Shown: one piece after another, positions 1 through 9,505 of the stretch
How the letters are laid out: the number at the start of each line of letters is the position of its first letter
Position numbering within the stretch: position 1 is the stretch's first letter
Virus genome (UHGV): UHGV-1384413
Length of the DNA: 64,000 bases
Direction: 5' to 3' (one strand)
Source: a virus
The notes under the pieces: generated by a model
The model's database searches: none
What the model was told of the DNA's origin: nothing
The model's input: the letters and a program-made list of their open reading frames with translations, nothing else
Position numbers and translations under genes: made by a program

Positions 1-380
1 ATTGCAAACTCTAACTGATTCTTAGCAGGAATGCAAGCCGGAGAATCATCCACCCATATGTCAGGGTAGATATCAAACTGTGCTAGGTAGGCTGCCTTCT
101 GCACACCGCCTGTGTAGAACACACCTACGTCCAACTCCTTGCGCCAATACTCGATGTCCACGTTGTCTTGAGTGATGAATCGGGAAGTCACAAGGTATAC
201 TGTCCACCCTTCCTTTTTCAAGTCCTTAATCAGGCGGGAGAAGATGAAAGGACTCGCATTAAATGTTCCATCAAAGTCAATGGCAATGATGTGTGTGCCG
301 TGGCGAGTCTCATATGGGTTGCTCGTGGTGAGATTGCTGTAGTTAAAAGGGACTTCTTCCCCGCAGTAGCTGTAGTCCAT
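1..380 (-). CDS. HAD-superfamily phosphatase (nucleotidase-like), partial; continues beyond window start
   Basis: Minus-strand reading frame open from ATG at about 378-380 to position 1; N-terminal IAIDFDGTF matches HAD motif I (DxDGT); GGAG upstream of start. Confidence 0.55.
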   Translation of the reverse strand, partial: MDYSYCGEEVPFNYSNLTTSNPYETRHGTHIIAIDFDGTFNASPFIFSRLIKDLKKEGWTVYLVTSRFITQDNVDIEYWRKELDVGVFYTGGVQKAAYLAQFDIYPDIWVDDSPACIPAKNQLEFA

Positions 381-382
381 AT

Positions 383-658
383 TCACACCTTCTCGTTGAT
401 AAATTTACGGGCGGTTTGGTGAGTTGTTTCTGCTGTCTTCAGAATGATATTAATTTTATCGTCAAGATCATTCATCTCAGCAGTTAATTCAGGGATCTCT
501 CCGGCATGCATGGTGAAATCATACATAGACATACCCAGGATCTCATTGATTCGGCGGTTGCATTCTGCAGCACGCTGATTCATTTTCCAAGCTAACACCA
601 GAGCCTCTTGCGTAGCCTCCAGCGCAAAGTCTAATACGTCAGCTTCTTCTTTCGTCAT
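383..658 (-). CDS. hypothetical protein (91 aa)
   Basis: ORF in tightly packed minus-strand operon; no recognised motif. Confidence 0.5.
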   Translation of the reverse strand: MTKEEADVLDFALEATQEALVLAWKMNQRAAECNRRINEILGMSMYDFTMHAGEIPELTAEMNDLDDKINIILKTAETTHQTARKFINEKV

Positions 659-713
659 CTCAGTCTCTCTTGTTGTATTGTTGGTAGGTGCATGAACACC
701 TTATAGCTCACTT

Positions 714-1280
714 TTATTCAAACTGCAATAGCAAGTCCACCACCGCACTAGGTCTGTCAACAAATTCCCCAGGCCCACATGCCCATAGAGGATATCCGTC
801 AACATACCGCCATATCCAACCTGCAGTGTGGAGCTCAAGTAGGGCAGTGCCGTCCTTACTGTCAACCACTCTTTCCCATAGTGTTGGGCAGCGAAGCTTG
901 AGAATCGGGTCCCCACCCTTATACCCGTCCATGTAGATACTCATTGCAAAGTTAAGCATCATCTTTTTGTGCACCGATCTTTTACTGAGGGTGCTCATCA
1001 CTTCCTCTTTGTGAATGTTTGTAAGCTTCTCTTTGGCTATCCGTAGATCGTTGCAACCATTGTTCAGCAGATCTTCCAGGCACTTGATCCGAAGGTCATG
1101 AATGTCTTTGTCGTGTACCGTTGGTACAGGGTCGTAGCGATAGAGCACCGTTGATACAAGGTTGCTCGGGTGTGGGTCTGACAGCAACCCATAACCCCAA
1201 TACTCCTCTGTATCTGAAAGGACAAGACACCCAATGTCTCTGTCAAGCTTTCCTGTGTTGTAAGCCACATTGACCGCCAT
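714..1280 (-). CDS. hypothetical protein (188 aa)
   Basis: ORF with GGAG-type RBS upstream of ATG; abuts neighbouring genes. Confidence 0.55.
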   Translation of the reverse strand: MAVNVAYNTGKLDRDIGCLVLSDTEEYWGYGLLSDPHPSNLVSTVLYRYDPVPTVHDKDIHDLRIKCLEDLLNNGCNDLRIAKEKLTNIHKEEVMSTLSKRSVHKKMMLNFAMSIYMDGYKGGDPILKLRCPTLWERVVDSKDGTALLELHTAGWIWRYVDGYPLWACGPGEFVDRPSAVVDLLLQFE

Positions 1281-1282
1281 AA

Positions 1283-1528
1283 TTATAGCTCCACTAGCAA
1301 AGTGCTCTCAAAATGCCTCTCATGCAGACCACTATAAGGAACCACTTCCACAACACCGTCGCGGATGTATGGAGTCATCATGGTGACATAATCACCGAAC
1401 GGGTTGGCATTATCACTAACCACGACTACATGCTGCCCCTCCTTGGCAGAGTGCCAGATAGATCTGCACTTCATCATGTGTTCGAGAGCGCCAGGTAAAA
1501 TCTTGTTACGTTCTTTACGGGTCTTCAT
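1283..1528 (-). CDS. hypothetical protein (81 aa)
   Basis: ORF, 4-nt overlap with upstream gene in same operon. Confidence 0.45.
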   Translation of the reverse strand: MKTRKERNKILPGALEHMMKCRSIWHSAKEGQHVVVVSDNANPFGDYVTMMTPYIRDGVVEVVPYSGLHERHFESTLLVEL

Positions 1529-1974
1529 AACAGATATAGCTCCTTATGAAAGTGGGCTTTCAATTTCTCACCGAGAAACTTCTTGATACCTTCCTCTAAA
1601 GTGTTTTCGATGTAGTCCAGCTTAACTGCTTCAATAGACATATCATAGATCGCCAGCTCTAAGCTGTCAAGTCCCATCATAGCATGAACCATAAGATTTT
1701 CATCTTCAGATACATTCAGGGGACTTCCTATAACATCGGGAGGTAGAATAGTTTCCCAATTATTCTGGGCGGTAGATCTCCCGCCATCCACCTTACGTCT
1801 CAGCTCGAATGTATTCTTAGTGTAGAACACTTCATAAGAGACGATACGACTGTCACTTTCATAATAGACGAAGTTCAAGTAGGAGCCTAGCCGCAGTCGG
1901 CAAACTTCTACCCCAAACCATTGTTTCTTATAGGAATTTAGGCTAATGCTGTCGCATTCACGTTTGCTCAACAC
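1525..1974 (-). CDS. hypothetical protein (149 aa)
   Basis: ORF in minus-strand operon; no recognised motif. Confidence 0.5.
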   Translation of the reverse strand: MLSKRECDSISLNSYKKQWFGVEVCRLRLGSYLNFVYYESDSRIVSYEVFYTKNTFELRRKVDGGRSTAQNNWETILPPDVIGSPLNVSEDENLMVHAMMGLDSLELAIYDMSIEAVKLDYIENTLEEGIKKFLGEKLKAHFHKELYLL

Positions 1975-1990
1975 GGCTCTCTCCTTTTTG

Positions 1991-2224
1991 TCAATCTTCG
2001 TAAATAATGATTTCTGCTTTAGGTTTTCGTGCTTTCAGGTCCAGCTCTATCCAGTGTACCATAGCTGTTTCAAGAAAAACAGCCTGGATGCATCCGTCTT
2101 CAGCGTGCCCTACCAGCATAACAAGATCTTCACCTTCATCATCTGCATCACGAACATACAGAATCTCTCCAGATTCAAAGTCTTTCACAACCTGATTGCT
2201 GGATAATTTACGAATTTTTGCCAT
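1991..2224 (-). CDS. hypothetical protein (77 aa)
   Basis: Short ORF packed between neighbours. Confidence 0.45.
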   Translation of the reverse strand: MAKIRKLSSNQVVKDFESGEILYVRDADDEGEDLVMLVGHAEDGCIQAVFLETAMVHWIELDLKARKPKAEIIIYED

Positions 2225-2225
2225 A

Positions 2226-2489
2226 TCAGAAACCCTCTAAAAAGCTCTTGTAGAAAATAATCTCAGTATCCACACCAGTCACGATCTTGTCGTTCCTGAT
2301 TTCATCTGTAAGATAGGTGTCAAAACGCAGCACCTGTGTGGTATTGTCACACATCCACTCGGCTGTTACCATGGCAAAAATCTTAGCATCTTCATTATCT
2401 GGTGTAAATGTTACCACCTCACCGCATTTAAACTTTTCGATAGGTTGCGTGTTAGCTTTCGGTTCTGCAATAGTGATTTTTGTAGTCAT
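2226..2489 (-). CDS. hypothetical protein (87 aa)
   Basis: Short ORF, 1-nt spacing to neighbours. Confidence 0.45.
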   Translation of the reverse strand: MTTKITIAEPKANTQPIEKFKCGEVVTFTPDNEDAKIFAMVTAEWMCDNTTQVLRFDTYLTDEIRNDKIVTGVDTEIIFYKSFLEGF

Positions 2490-2755
2490 TACTCTTCCTT
2501 CATAGTTTCACCAAATACTTCGATACGAGCGTCAAGCTCTGTTGCTTTCAGCTCCCCAACAAAATCTTTCAGTTCTTTCTCGTCAAGATCGTATGCCCAC
2601 ACACAAGATGAGCATGCAGATTTCACGATTAGCAGTGTAGATACACGGCCTGACTCTGTAATCATGCTCACAATGGTTCCTACAGGGAACGTGTTGATAG
2701 CTTTTTTAACTGGGCGTTCAGCTTTAATTACTACCTCTGTTGCCATAAATACCAT
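2489..2755 (-). CDS. hypothetical protein (88 aa)
   Basis: Short ORF packed between neighbours. Confidence 0.45.
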   Translation of the reverse strand: MVFMATEVVIKAERPVKKAINTFPVGTIVSMITESGRVSTLLIVKSACSSCVWAYDLDEKELKDFVGELKATELDARIEVFGETMKEE

Positions 2756-2761
2756 CCTCTC

Positions 2762-4243
2762 TTACTTAGCGTACTCGATTAATTCCACAGTTTTCCCAAA
2801 GCTCGGGATATAATTTTTATTATACCCTTCGGTGAGAACCCATAAAGTATCGTACTTTTTCCACTTGTTGTCAACAGCCTTTTGTTCAAAGTTATGCTCA
2901 AAGTATAGGTCGGTCAGGACGATGACATCTTTTGCATTCGGTATATTGGCATCCAGATACTTGAACACGCAAGCAGCTGTTGTGCCCCATGTTGAGTGGA
3001 TCTCATAGTTGATCATCTCATCTATGTTACCGCGAGTGTATACTTTAACCTCTCCAACCTCAGTTGACCAACAGAACATTGTAACCTTAAACTCTTTATA
3101 CAGATTGCACAATCCGGTGATTTCATTGAACATTTTCTTTAAAGTTCTTTGAGAGATCGAGCCAGAAACGTCTAAAGCCACAACAATATCTATAGTGTTT
3201 TCCGGATTACGACCAGGAACAATAACGTGCTGGTTCTTGTTTATGGCCCCAACTTTTCGCATTGTGCTGGTCAAAGACCCAGATCGGCGACCAGGTTTTC
3301 TGTAGGTCAGTTCAGCCTTTCGTTTAGACAACATGCGTTGCTTAATAATGTCTATATAGTTGATTACAGGCTTACCTCTGTTCTTGACGAACTCACGCAC
3401 CGCCTCGGGGCAACGACCTCCGGAAGCTTGCATTGCTGCCTCCAGCATGTCACCAGAGTCCTGCATGGCCTGATCTTTATCAGATTGGCTGATTACAGGT
3501 TGTGGCTGATCATACCCCATAGCCTTTCCAAGATCATCACTGGTGCCACCGTTCCCGCTCATGTGATCATCGGTTTGTCGTTTATCTCCTTGAGAGTTCT
3601 CACCTTTACCGTTCTTACTTTTACCGTTATTCTGATCTCTTTGTTTATCGAGAACTGCATAGACGTTTTCAGCAATCCATCCATGAAACTTCATGTCGCA
3701 GTAGCAATTAGCTAAGAAGCCAAAAGGCTTACCTTTTACGAACGTAGTGCTTTTCCCCTTCGGGAAGAAAACACAAGGAGGCTTGCTAAAGTCAACCACA
3801 AGGCCTGTGTTGATAACGTGATCACAGGCAATATTGAACAGCTCCGGCTCAAAGCTTTTACCACGGACCAAATGATCGCAGATAATATGCCCCACCTCAT
3901 GTGACAGAAGAAAGGCCACCTCTTTCACAGATTTTGGAGAATAGAAAACCTCAGCCATCTCAAACTGCTCGTCAGTTAGAGAGGCTTTAAGAATGGTTTT
4001 GCGCTCATCTGCCAACCCCATAATAAACTCAGGGCTGTAATAGATGCGTTTATGGTCTGTTGCCATAGTGGAGCACCATGTGTGGTTTTCTACGAACTGC
4101 AACCCTGATAACAGTGTGCCATAAAACGGCAGCTTTTCAAGGAGATACATACGTGCAGCCTGCAACATTCTCAGGGCATCATCTTTTTGCGAGGCAATGA
4201 TTTCTGAACTTCTGCTATCCATTAAAACTCCAGAAGGGGCCAT
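2762..4243 (-). CDS. VWA-domain protein with N-terminal HExxH metallopeptidase-like motif
   Basis: 493 aa; HEVGH motif in N-terminal half; C-terminal VVALDVSGSIS matches VWA MIDAS motif (DxSxS); Gly/Asp-rich low-complexity linker. Confidence 0.7.
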   Translation of the reverse strand: MAPSGVLMDSRSSEIIASQKDDALRMLQAARMYLLEKLPFYGTLLSGLQFVENHTWCSTMATDHKRIYYSPEFIMGLADERKTILKASLTDEQFEMAEVFYSPKSVKEVAFLLSHEVGHIICDHLVRGKSFEPELFNIACDHVINTGLVVDFSKPPCVFFPKGKSTTFVKGKPFGFLANCYCDMKFHGWIAENVYAVLDKQRDQNNGKSKNGKGENSQGDKRQTDDHMSGNGGTSDDLGKAMGYDQPQPVISQSDKDQAMQDSGDMLEAAMQASGGRCPEAVREFVKNRGKPVINYIDIIKQRMLSKRKAELTYRKPGRRSGSLTSTMRKVGAINKNQHVIVPGRNPENTIDIVVALDVSGSISQRTLKKMFNEITGLCNLYKEFKVTMFCWSTEVGEVKVYTRGNIDEMINYEIHSTWGTTAACVFKYLDANIPNAKDVIVLTDLYFEHNFEQKAVDNKWKKYDTLWVLTEGYNKNYIPSFGKTVELIEYAK

Positions 4244-4255
4244 TGGCCCCTGTCA

Positions 4256-5242
4256 TTATTTAACGTGTTTGAAAATACTCGCCAACTCGGTCATCGTCAT
4301 GCGGGTGGTCTTCATAAGGTCTGTCATAGCTTTTTCCATAATCGGTGATACTACCATGAAGTTACCTTTAGTGAAACCTTTGTTCCAATCGGTTACCAAC
4401 AGAGGTTTGATTCCTGCCCCAAGACGCTCACCAGTTAAAGCACAGCATTTGCGGATGTACGCACTCTTAAATTGGCTGAAGGACAGATCAACTTTCATAC
4501 CTGCATCGTAGAACGTTTGGCAATAGAAAGTGTAAGCCTTGGCAATCTCAACATCATCAGGCAGTGCAGGAACCTCTTCTGCAACCTCCTCTTCGACCTC
4601 CTGAGGCTCTTTTTCCTCTTCAAAGGGCTGTTGCACCATTTCTTCAATTTCTTCTGTCACAGGCTCGTTTACGATGTCTGAAATGTGTTTGTTGGCTGCA
4701 CGCTCTGCCATGAAATTCTTAAAGTCCTGCATTGGTGACATATCTTCCTCCTCTTCGTCAAATAGTGCTAGTTTATCTTCTTCTGTCCCGTATTGCAAGA
4801 TGAAATCTTCAAAAGTATATTCATCTTTTAATTCCTCCATCCTCTCTTCGCTCAGGTGGAGCATCATTTGTTGGACAATTTTTCGATCAGTTTTGTCCTT
4901 AATCAAGATTGCGGTCGTTTTATCTACCAGACAATCCTTGAGAGAGTTGCACCGAAGTCCCACCACACAACAGTTATCAATTGCGTAAGGACCTTCATCG
5001 TTTATCCGCTCCAAAGATGGGTAGAACGGATTCCCCAGCCCGTTTTCATCTGTGTGCATGTCAAAAGGAATAAGGGTGTAGTCGCATACCCCCTCTCCTA
5101 AAAGTTTTTTACCGAATAGGAGGTATTCTTCCCACGACAGGTCGAACACTATACCTCGTTTTCGGGCATTATTCTGTTTGCGTCTGTATTTTTTGAGCAG
5201 GCGTTCTAGCTCTTCTGGTGTATAATATTTTTCAAGATTCAT
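4256..5242 (-). CDS. hypothetical protein with internal duplication and acidic linker
   Basis: Start moved to internal ATG (M66 of track ORF) because the longer ORF overlaps the divergent plus gene; two related segments (FDLSWEEY / VDLSFSQF) flank a Glu-rich linker. Confidence 0.5.
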   Translation of the reverse strand: MNLEKYYTPEELERLLKKYRRKQNNARKRGIVFDLSWEEYLLFGKKLLGEGVCDYTLIPFDMHTDENGLGNPFYPSLERINDEGPYAIDNCCVVGLRCNSLKDCLVDKTTAILIKDKTDRKIVQQMMLHLSEERMEELKDEYTFEDFILQYGTEEDKLALFDEEEEDMSPMQDFKNFMAERAANKHISDIVNEPVTEEIEEMVQQPFEEEKEPQEVEEEVAEEVPALPDDVEIAKAYTFYCQTFYDAGMKVDLSFSQFKSAYIRKCCALTGERLGAGIKPLLVTDWNKGFTKGNFMVVSPIMEKAMTDLMKTTRMTMTELASIFKHVK

Positions 5243-5315
5243 GAGTTGTCTCTTGTGCTCTGTAGGTGAAGAAATCTTATCAAGTGCCTCGACAGATGTC
5301 AACCTCAAAAACGTA

Positions 5316-5344
5316 TTGACTTTACTATAAATCCACGATATAGT
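5316..5344 (+). promoter_or_regulatory. sigma70-type promoter in divergent intergenic region
   Basis: TTGACT, 17-bp spacer, TATAGT about 40 bp upstream of ATG 5385; approximate coordinates. Confidence 0.5.
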
Positions 5345-5384
5345 GCACCCATTCGAAAGAAAACGAACACAGGAGCACTTAATC

Positions 5385-6284
5385 ATGGCAAATCTTAACA
5401 GCTTTAGCACTCGGTGGAAACAAGATATCACAACCAATCTCTCAGCAGGTGATATCCTTTCTGCAATTTACGAGGCTTTGGATGATAAAGCTACTTCAAA
5501 ATCGGTTTGTACCAACCCGCTAATTCCTATAGTAATGAAGGTTATTGAGCGTAGGCTGGTATCCGGATCTGATAAGTGGACATATCTGGATAATGGAGGC
5601 CACACTTACTCCAATGGCTATGTCGATATAAAAGTAGAATATGCGGTATCATATCGCCGGAGCGGCTCTGTAACTTTCAACTTCTCTGGTGGTTTCCGAT
5701 CTCTGGCAACTTCACCTTTTGTTTCCTCAGAGGAGAAGTTTGAACTTCCGTTCCTTTGGATGATGGCTAACGCGACAGGCAAAACCCCCGTAAGCATTCG
5801 CGTAAAATACAACTACAACGGATCTAGTAAGATCTATGCCGAGAGTGTCTCAGCAAGTTTTTATTTTGTGATGGGGGATGGAATCCTCAAACATATAAAG
5901 ATGTGCGATATGCATGATGTTATAAATGAAGTGACTGATAAGAATGTTCTGGTGAAGGATCTCAACAATTTTTATACACCTGGAGACTATTACGTCAACC
6001 GTCCACTGTGTATCTTTAATGCCGCACACCCTTTAGGTGAGTATCTGATCGCCAATAGCGATATTGCCAATAACCGCTTCGAGGTAGCAAGAGTGCAGAA
6101 TGAGGTGTTGACATCTTGCAAGAGCGGTGATAAGTTTACCGAAGAAGAGATGGGTGTTTTAGAAATGATGGGATATAAGTGTAGCCTTTGGGTGGATGAG
6201 GTGTTTAATGACGGCATCTACGGACAGGGTATTTACCCGTTAAAGAAGTATACTGATTCCAGTCTAATTTACGCGGAGATTTGA
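5385..6284 (+). CDS. hypothetical protein (299 aa)
   Basis: ATG at M15 of track ORF preceded by AGGAG; first gene of plus-strand operon. Confidence 0.55.
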   Translation: MANLNSFSTRWKQDITTNLSAGDILSAIYEALDDKATSKSVCTNPLIPIVMKVIERRLVSGSDKWTYLDNGGHTYSNGYVDIKVEYAVSYRRSGSVTFNFSGGFRSLATSPFVSSEEKFELPFLWMMANATGKTPVSIRVKYNYNGSSKIYAESVSASFYFVMGDGILKHIKMCDMHDVINEVTDKNVLVKDLNNFYTPGDYYVNRPLCIFNAAHPLGEYLIANSDIANNRFEVARVQNEVLTSCKSGDKFTEEEMGVLEMMGYKCSLWVDEVFNDGIYGQGIYPLKKYTDSSLIYAEI

Positions 6285-6286
6285 CT

Positions 6287-6559
6287 ATGATGAAGTCATG
6301 TGGTAGTGTATATTATGTTGGTGAGAATGTTCAGGCAGACAATGTGTGGAAATCCATTAAGTCCACCACCGACGATGCCTTCTTGAGTGGGTTATGTTTC
6401 CCAAATCCAGGAGACATTCTCCCCCACTCCGGAGATTTTGTTGTCAACAAGACGGACGGTTATACCGTGTGCCTGATGGTTGAAAAAATCTTTTTAGACA
6501 CTAGACACAATCACCGCCTTGTGTTAAAATTTCAAGAATGTAAAATGACAGTTGCCTAA
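6287..6559 (+). CDS. hypothetical protein
   Basis: ATG at M3 of track ORF, GGAG 8 nt upstream. Confidence 0.5.
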   Translation: MMKSCGSVYYVGENVQADNVWKSIKSTTDDAFLSGLCFPNPGDILPHSGDFVVNKTDGYTVCLMVEKIFLDTRHNHRLVLKFQECKMTVA

Positions 6560-6571
6560 GGAGGCCTACCA

Positions 6572-6928
6572 ATGTCTAAAGTTACTTATCGTGCAGCTAT
6601 TTACTGCAATGAGCAACCAATCAACAGTGATGGTCACTGCTTTTTTAAAGAAAATCAGTTGGGCTGTATTGCCCTCCTTGATGAAGGGGAAGGGTATATG
6701 ATTGCATTGACAGGGTTTGAGCCTGAAGCCTTGGAAGCCAATCTGGACTACCTGGTAGAGAAGGGTGCTGCAGACTTGGTTGCCAATGGCCTCTCTATAG
6801 GCCTTGAAGAAGTGGAGCGCTTCATGGGCAATTACCGTGTAGTGCGTGAGTTTACTATCGAGGTGGAAACTCCAGAGTGGGGTAGCACTGAAACTAATGC
6901 TGAAGAAAAAGAAGAGGGGGTAGAATAA
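6572..6928 (+). CDS. hypothetical protein (118 aa)
   Basis: ORF with AAGGAGG RBS. Confidence 0.55.
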   Translation: MSKVTYRAAIYCNEQPINSDGHCFFKENQLGCIALLDEGEGYMIALTGFEPEALEANLDYLVEKGAADLVANGLSIGLEEVERFMGNYRVVREFTIEVETPEWGSTETNAEEKEEGVE

Positions 6929-7185
6929 TGAAAGTACAGATCTTGACCAATGCCGAGAAGATGTTTATTGAAGATACGCCTTTTGAAACTGGTGAGCTAC
7001 AGTTTGTATATTTTGTTGACTTAGATAAGGTTTTTCCTGCGCTGAATTTAGGCTTGGAGAAAGTACCTTATAAAACCCTGTGCCAGGTTGTCCGTGCCTT
7101 AGCGGCAGATGGGGAGTTCCACACCCTTGAAGATATTCAGACCTATGGGTATCTTGAACTGCAACGAGAAGAAGAGGTGGATTGA
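6928..7185 (+). CDS. hypothetical protein (85 aa)
   Basis: ORF coupled to upstream stop (TAATG). Confidence 0.5.
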   Translation: MKVQILTNAEKMFIEDTPFETGELQFVYFVDLDKVFPALNLGLEKVPYKTLCQVVRALAADGEFHTLEDIQTYGYLELQREEEVD

Positions 7186-7187
7186 TA

Positions 7188-7568
7188 ATGGCCCAGTGGA
7201 AGACAACAGTTGACCTTCATGATCAGTGGTTAGGACGCATAGCTGAAGACGGGAAACTGGTAGAGTGGGACAACAAGCATGTTAGCGAGTTGGCAAGTAT
7301 TGTGGCTGGCAAGTTACGCTCCAAGTTCCCTGAACAACTGGATCCTGATAGTTCAAAGTTCGATCCTGAGTTGGAGGATGTTGTATACTACTTCGATACC
7401 GTTGATGACTACGACGCGTGGTTTGCAGCACTGGAGCTTTACCCACAAGGCTCTGCTATGCGCCAGATGGAAGAAGATTATCCTCCGTGTGAGCAATTCA
7501 ATAGTGCAATGACTTGCCTCTATGATTGGGCAGATAAGAACCTTGTCTGGATTCGGACTGCATTCTAG
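7188..7568 (+). CDS. hypothetical protein
   Basis: ATG at M3 of track ORF with GAGGTGG RBS. Confidence 0.5.
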   Translation: MAQWKTTVDLHDQWLGRIAEDGKLVEWDNKHVSELASIVAGKLRSKFPEQLDPDSSKFDPELEDVVYYFDTVDDYDAWFAALELYPQGSAMRQMEEDYPPCEQFNSAMTCLYDWADKNLVWIRTAF

Positions 7569-7612
7569 TGGGCAGGAATGGCGGCAAGGATGCTGCTTAA
7601 GGAGCAGTAGAT

Positions 7613-7882
7613 ATGTTATACCAGCAGTACGAACTTCATGCAGAAAAAGAATTAAATTTTGACAGAGATATTCACAGATATTATTATGGGAAAGTTAGAG
7701 GTCAAGCAAGAAAGTGTACTCCAACACTCTTTTATGCCAGCAGACGACTAGCGCCAGAAGAGGCAACAGCAGAAAGGGTTGCGTACAACTGGAGAGTCAC
7801 GTATGATATTGACAGATCCGATGTGATATCTGTTTTGGAAAACTTTGAAAACACTTACACACAAGTAGAGGACTTTTACTAA
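7613..7882 (+). CDS. hypothetical protein (89 aa)
   Basis: ORF with GGAG RBS. Confidence 0.5.
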   Translation: MLYQQYELHAEKELNFDRDIHRYYYGKVRGQARKCTPTLFYASRRLAPEEATAERVAYNWRVTYDIDRSDVISVLENFENTYTQVEDFY

Positions 7883-9066
7883 TGTCAAGAAATGTATTCG
7901 AAAGTGGTCAAATCACTGTCCGCGAGTTGCCAGCTATTATTCAATTTGCCCAGCGTCATAACCGATCTGTCCTGATTTTAGGACCGATGGGTGTGGGAAA
8001 GAGCCAGGTGATGAAGCAGATTGCTGATAATATGTTCGGTGAGCGAGATGACAACCTGGTTGACGTGCGGCTGTCAGATAAAGATCCTGCTGACTTATCC
8101 GGACTGCCTATCCCTGTAGAGTCAGATGGAACTACACGTACAGTGTTTGCAATTCCAGAATTTTGGCCTGCAGATCCGAACTGGAGCGGAATTATCTTTC
8201 TGGATGAGCTTACTCATGCAGATAACTACCTGCAGAAGGTTGCAATGCAAATTATGCTCGACAACAAGTGCGGCACCTATGCATTTCCTAAGGGCTCTGT
8301 TTTTGTAGCTGCAGGTAACCGTGCTACAGATGGTGCTGTTCTTTCAGCGCTCGAAGCCCCTCTGGCTAACCGCTTTATCATTGTAGAAGTTACAAGCAGT
8401 GCAGAGGTATTTATTGAGGACTACGCATTCCTTAATGGTGTACACTCCTCTGTAATTGGATATCTGAAAAGAGTTCCATCAGCTATCGATAATTATGAGG
8501 CTATGGCTGAGATTAATTGTCCATCTTTTGCCACACCGCGATCTTGGGTTGCTGCATCTGACATCTTGCACGATTTTGACAGCGGTATTATTTCTGACGC
8601 TATGGCTCGTGTTCTTCTGCAAGGTGCTATTGGTCACACTGCAGCGGTGGAAATCTGGACCTACCACACTAAGAAACGAAACTTGCCAGAAATCGGTCGG
8701 ATTATGGCAGGGGGTTGCAAAGAATATGTAGGTCCTAAGCAGCCAGATATCTTGTGGATTCTTGGGTCTGAAGGTTGTATTGCTATTCGGAATATGATGG
8801 AAAATGCAAGTGTCTCGGACGAAGACCTTGTTAGCTGCGTGGCAAACTTCCTCGATTTCCTTTGGGAAAATTTCAAAGATGAAAACCGAGACTTTGTATT
8901 CTCAGTCTTTATGGCGATGATGAAACCAAACGCTCTAGGAAATGCCTTGCTTATTGGTAAAGGCAGGGACAAGATCGTTGCTCAGCTGATCAAAGCATAC
9001 CCAAACCTGATGAAGATTGTAAAAGAGTTTGGTGAAGAGTTTAGCGCCATTTTAGCTAAAGCTTGA
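7882..9066 (+). CDS. MoxR-type AAA+ ATPase
   Basis: Walker A LILGPMGVGKSQ; Walker B region IIFLDELTHAD resembling the MoxR DEhNRa motif; 394 aa. Confidence 0.7.
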   Translation: MSRNVFESGQITVRELPAIIQFAQRHNRSVLILGPMGVGKSQVMKQIADNMFGERDDNLVDVRLSDKDPADLSGLPIPVESDGTTRTVFAIPEFWPADPNWSGIIFLDELTHADNYLQKVAMQIMLDNKCGTYAFPKGSVFVAAGNRATDGAVLSALEAPLANRFIIVEVTSSAEVFIEDYAFLNGVHSSVIGYLKRVPSAIDNYEAMAEINCPSFATPRSWVAASDILHDFDSGIISDAMARVLLQGAIGHTAAVEIWTYHTKKRNLPEIGRIMAGGCKEYVGPKQPDILWILGSEGCIAIRNMMENASVSDEDLVSCVANFLDFLWENFKDENRDFVFSVFMAMMKPNALGNALLIGKGRDKIVAQLIKAYPNLMKIVKEFGEEFSAILAKA

Positions 9067-9075
9067 GGAGGTTGT

Positions 9076-9456
9076 ATGGCTAAAGCAGGTAAGAGGGGAA
9101 ACTACCTGGTGATATTGACCGAGGAGCCGGAGAAGGAGTACGAATGCAGCTCCACTTGCGTGATCGATATCCGAGAAAAAGATGTAGATGAAATCTGGTT
9201 TAAAATATTGGACGCTTGCGACAGCAGTGACTATTTCTTCATCTATGTCAACGATAAAGCGGGGTTCTTCCATGACGATGGTGAGTTACCGTATGAAATC
9301 TATGAACTTGTAGAGGCTTGCCATCGTGGAGATGCGGAGTTGTTTGGTCTACGGCTGAAAAGCGGTAAATTCTTCTATCAAGATGAATGCATGAATCTTC
9401 ACAACTTCGTAGAGGGGACTTGCAACGATGGAGAGATTTTGGCACACTACGATTAA
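9076..9456 (+). CDS. hypothetical protein (126 aa)
   Basis: ORF with GAGGAGG RBS; followed by terminator. Confidence 0.55.
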   Translation: MAKAGKRGNYLVILTEEPEKEYECSSTCVIDIREKDVDEIWFKILDACDSSDYFFIYVNDKAGFFHDDGELPYEIYELVEACHRGDAELFGLRLKSGKFFYQDECMNLHNFVEGTCNDGEILAHYD

Positions 9457-9469
9457 TTTCTAAGACACA

Positions 9470-9490
9470 CCCCGCTTCGGCGGGGATTTT
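9470..9490 (+). terminator. intrinsic terminator
   Basis: CCCCGC-ttcg-GCGGGG hairpin followed by T-run; approximate coordinates. Confidence 0.6.
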
Positions 9491-9505
9491 CTATTTGGAG
9501 TTATT

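Noticed and set aside
168-422. Plus-strand ORF of 84 aa
   Set aside because: Lies antisense to the HAD-phosphatase reading frame that stays open to the window edge; no RBS
3227-3715. Plus-strand ORF of 162 aa inside the VWA/metallopeptidase gene
   Set aside because: Shadow ORF antisense to a well-supported 493-aa CDS. The same reasoning applies to other antisense or out-of-frame track ORFs inside the polymerase, primase-helicase, nrdD, nrdB, nrdA, protease and helicase genes
5343-5384. Upstream extension of the 5385 gene to the track start at 5343
   Set aside because: The upstream codon has no RBS and overlaps the divergent promoter; ATG 5385 has AGGAG at correct spacing
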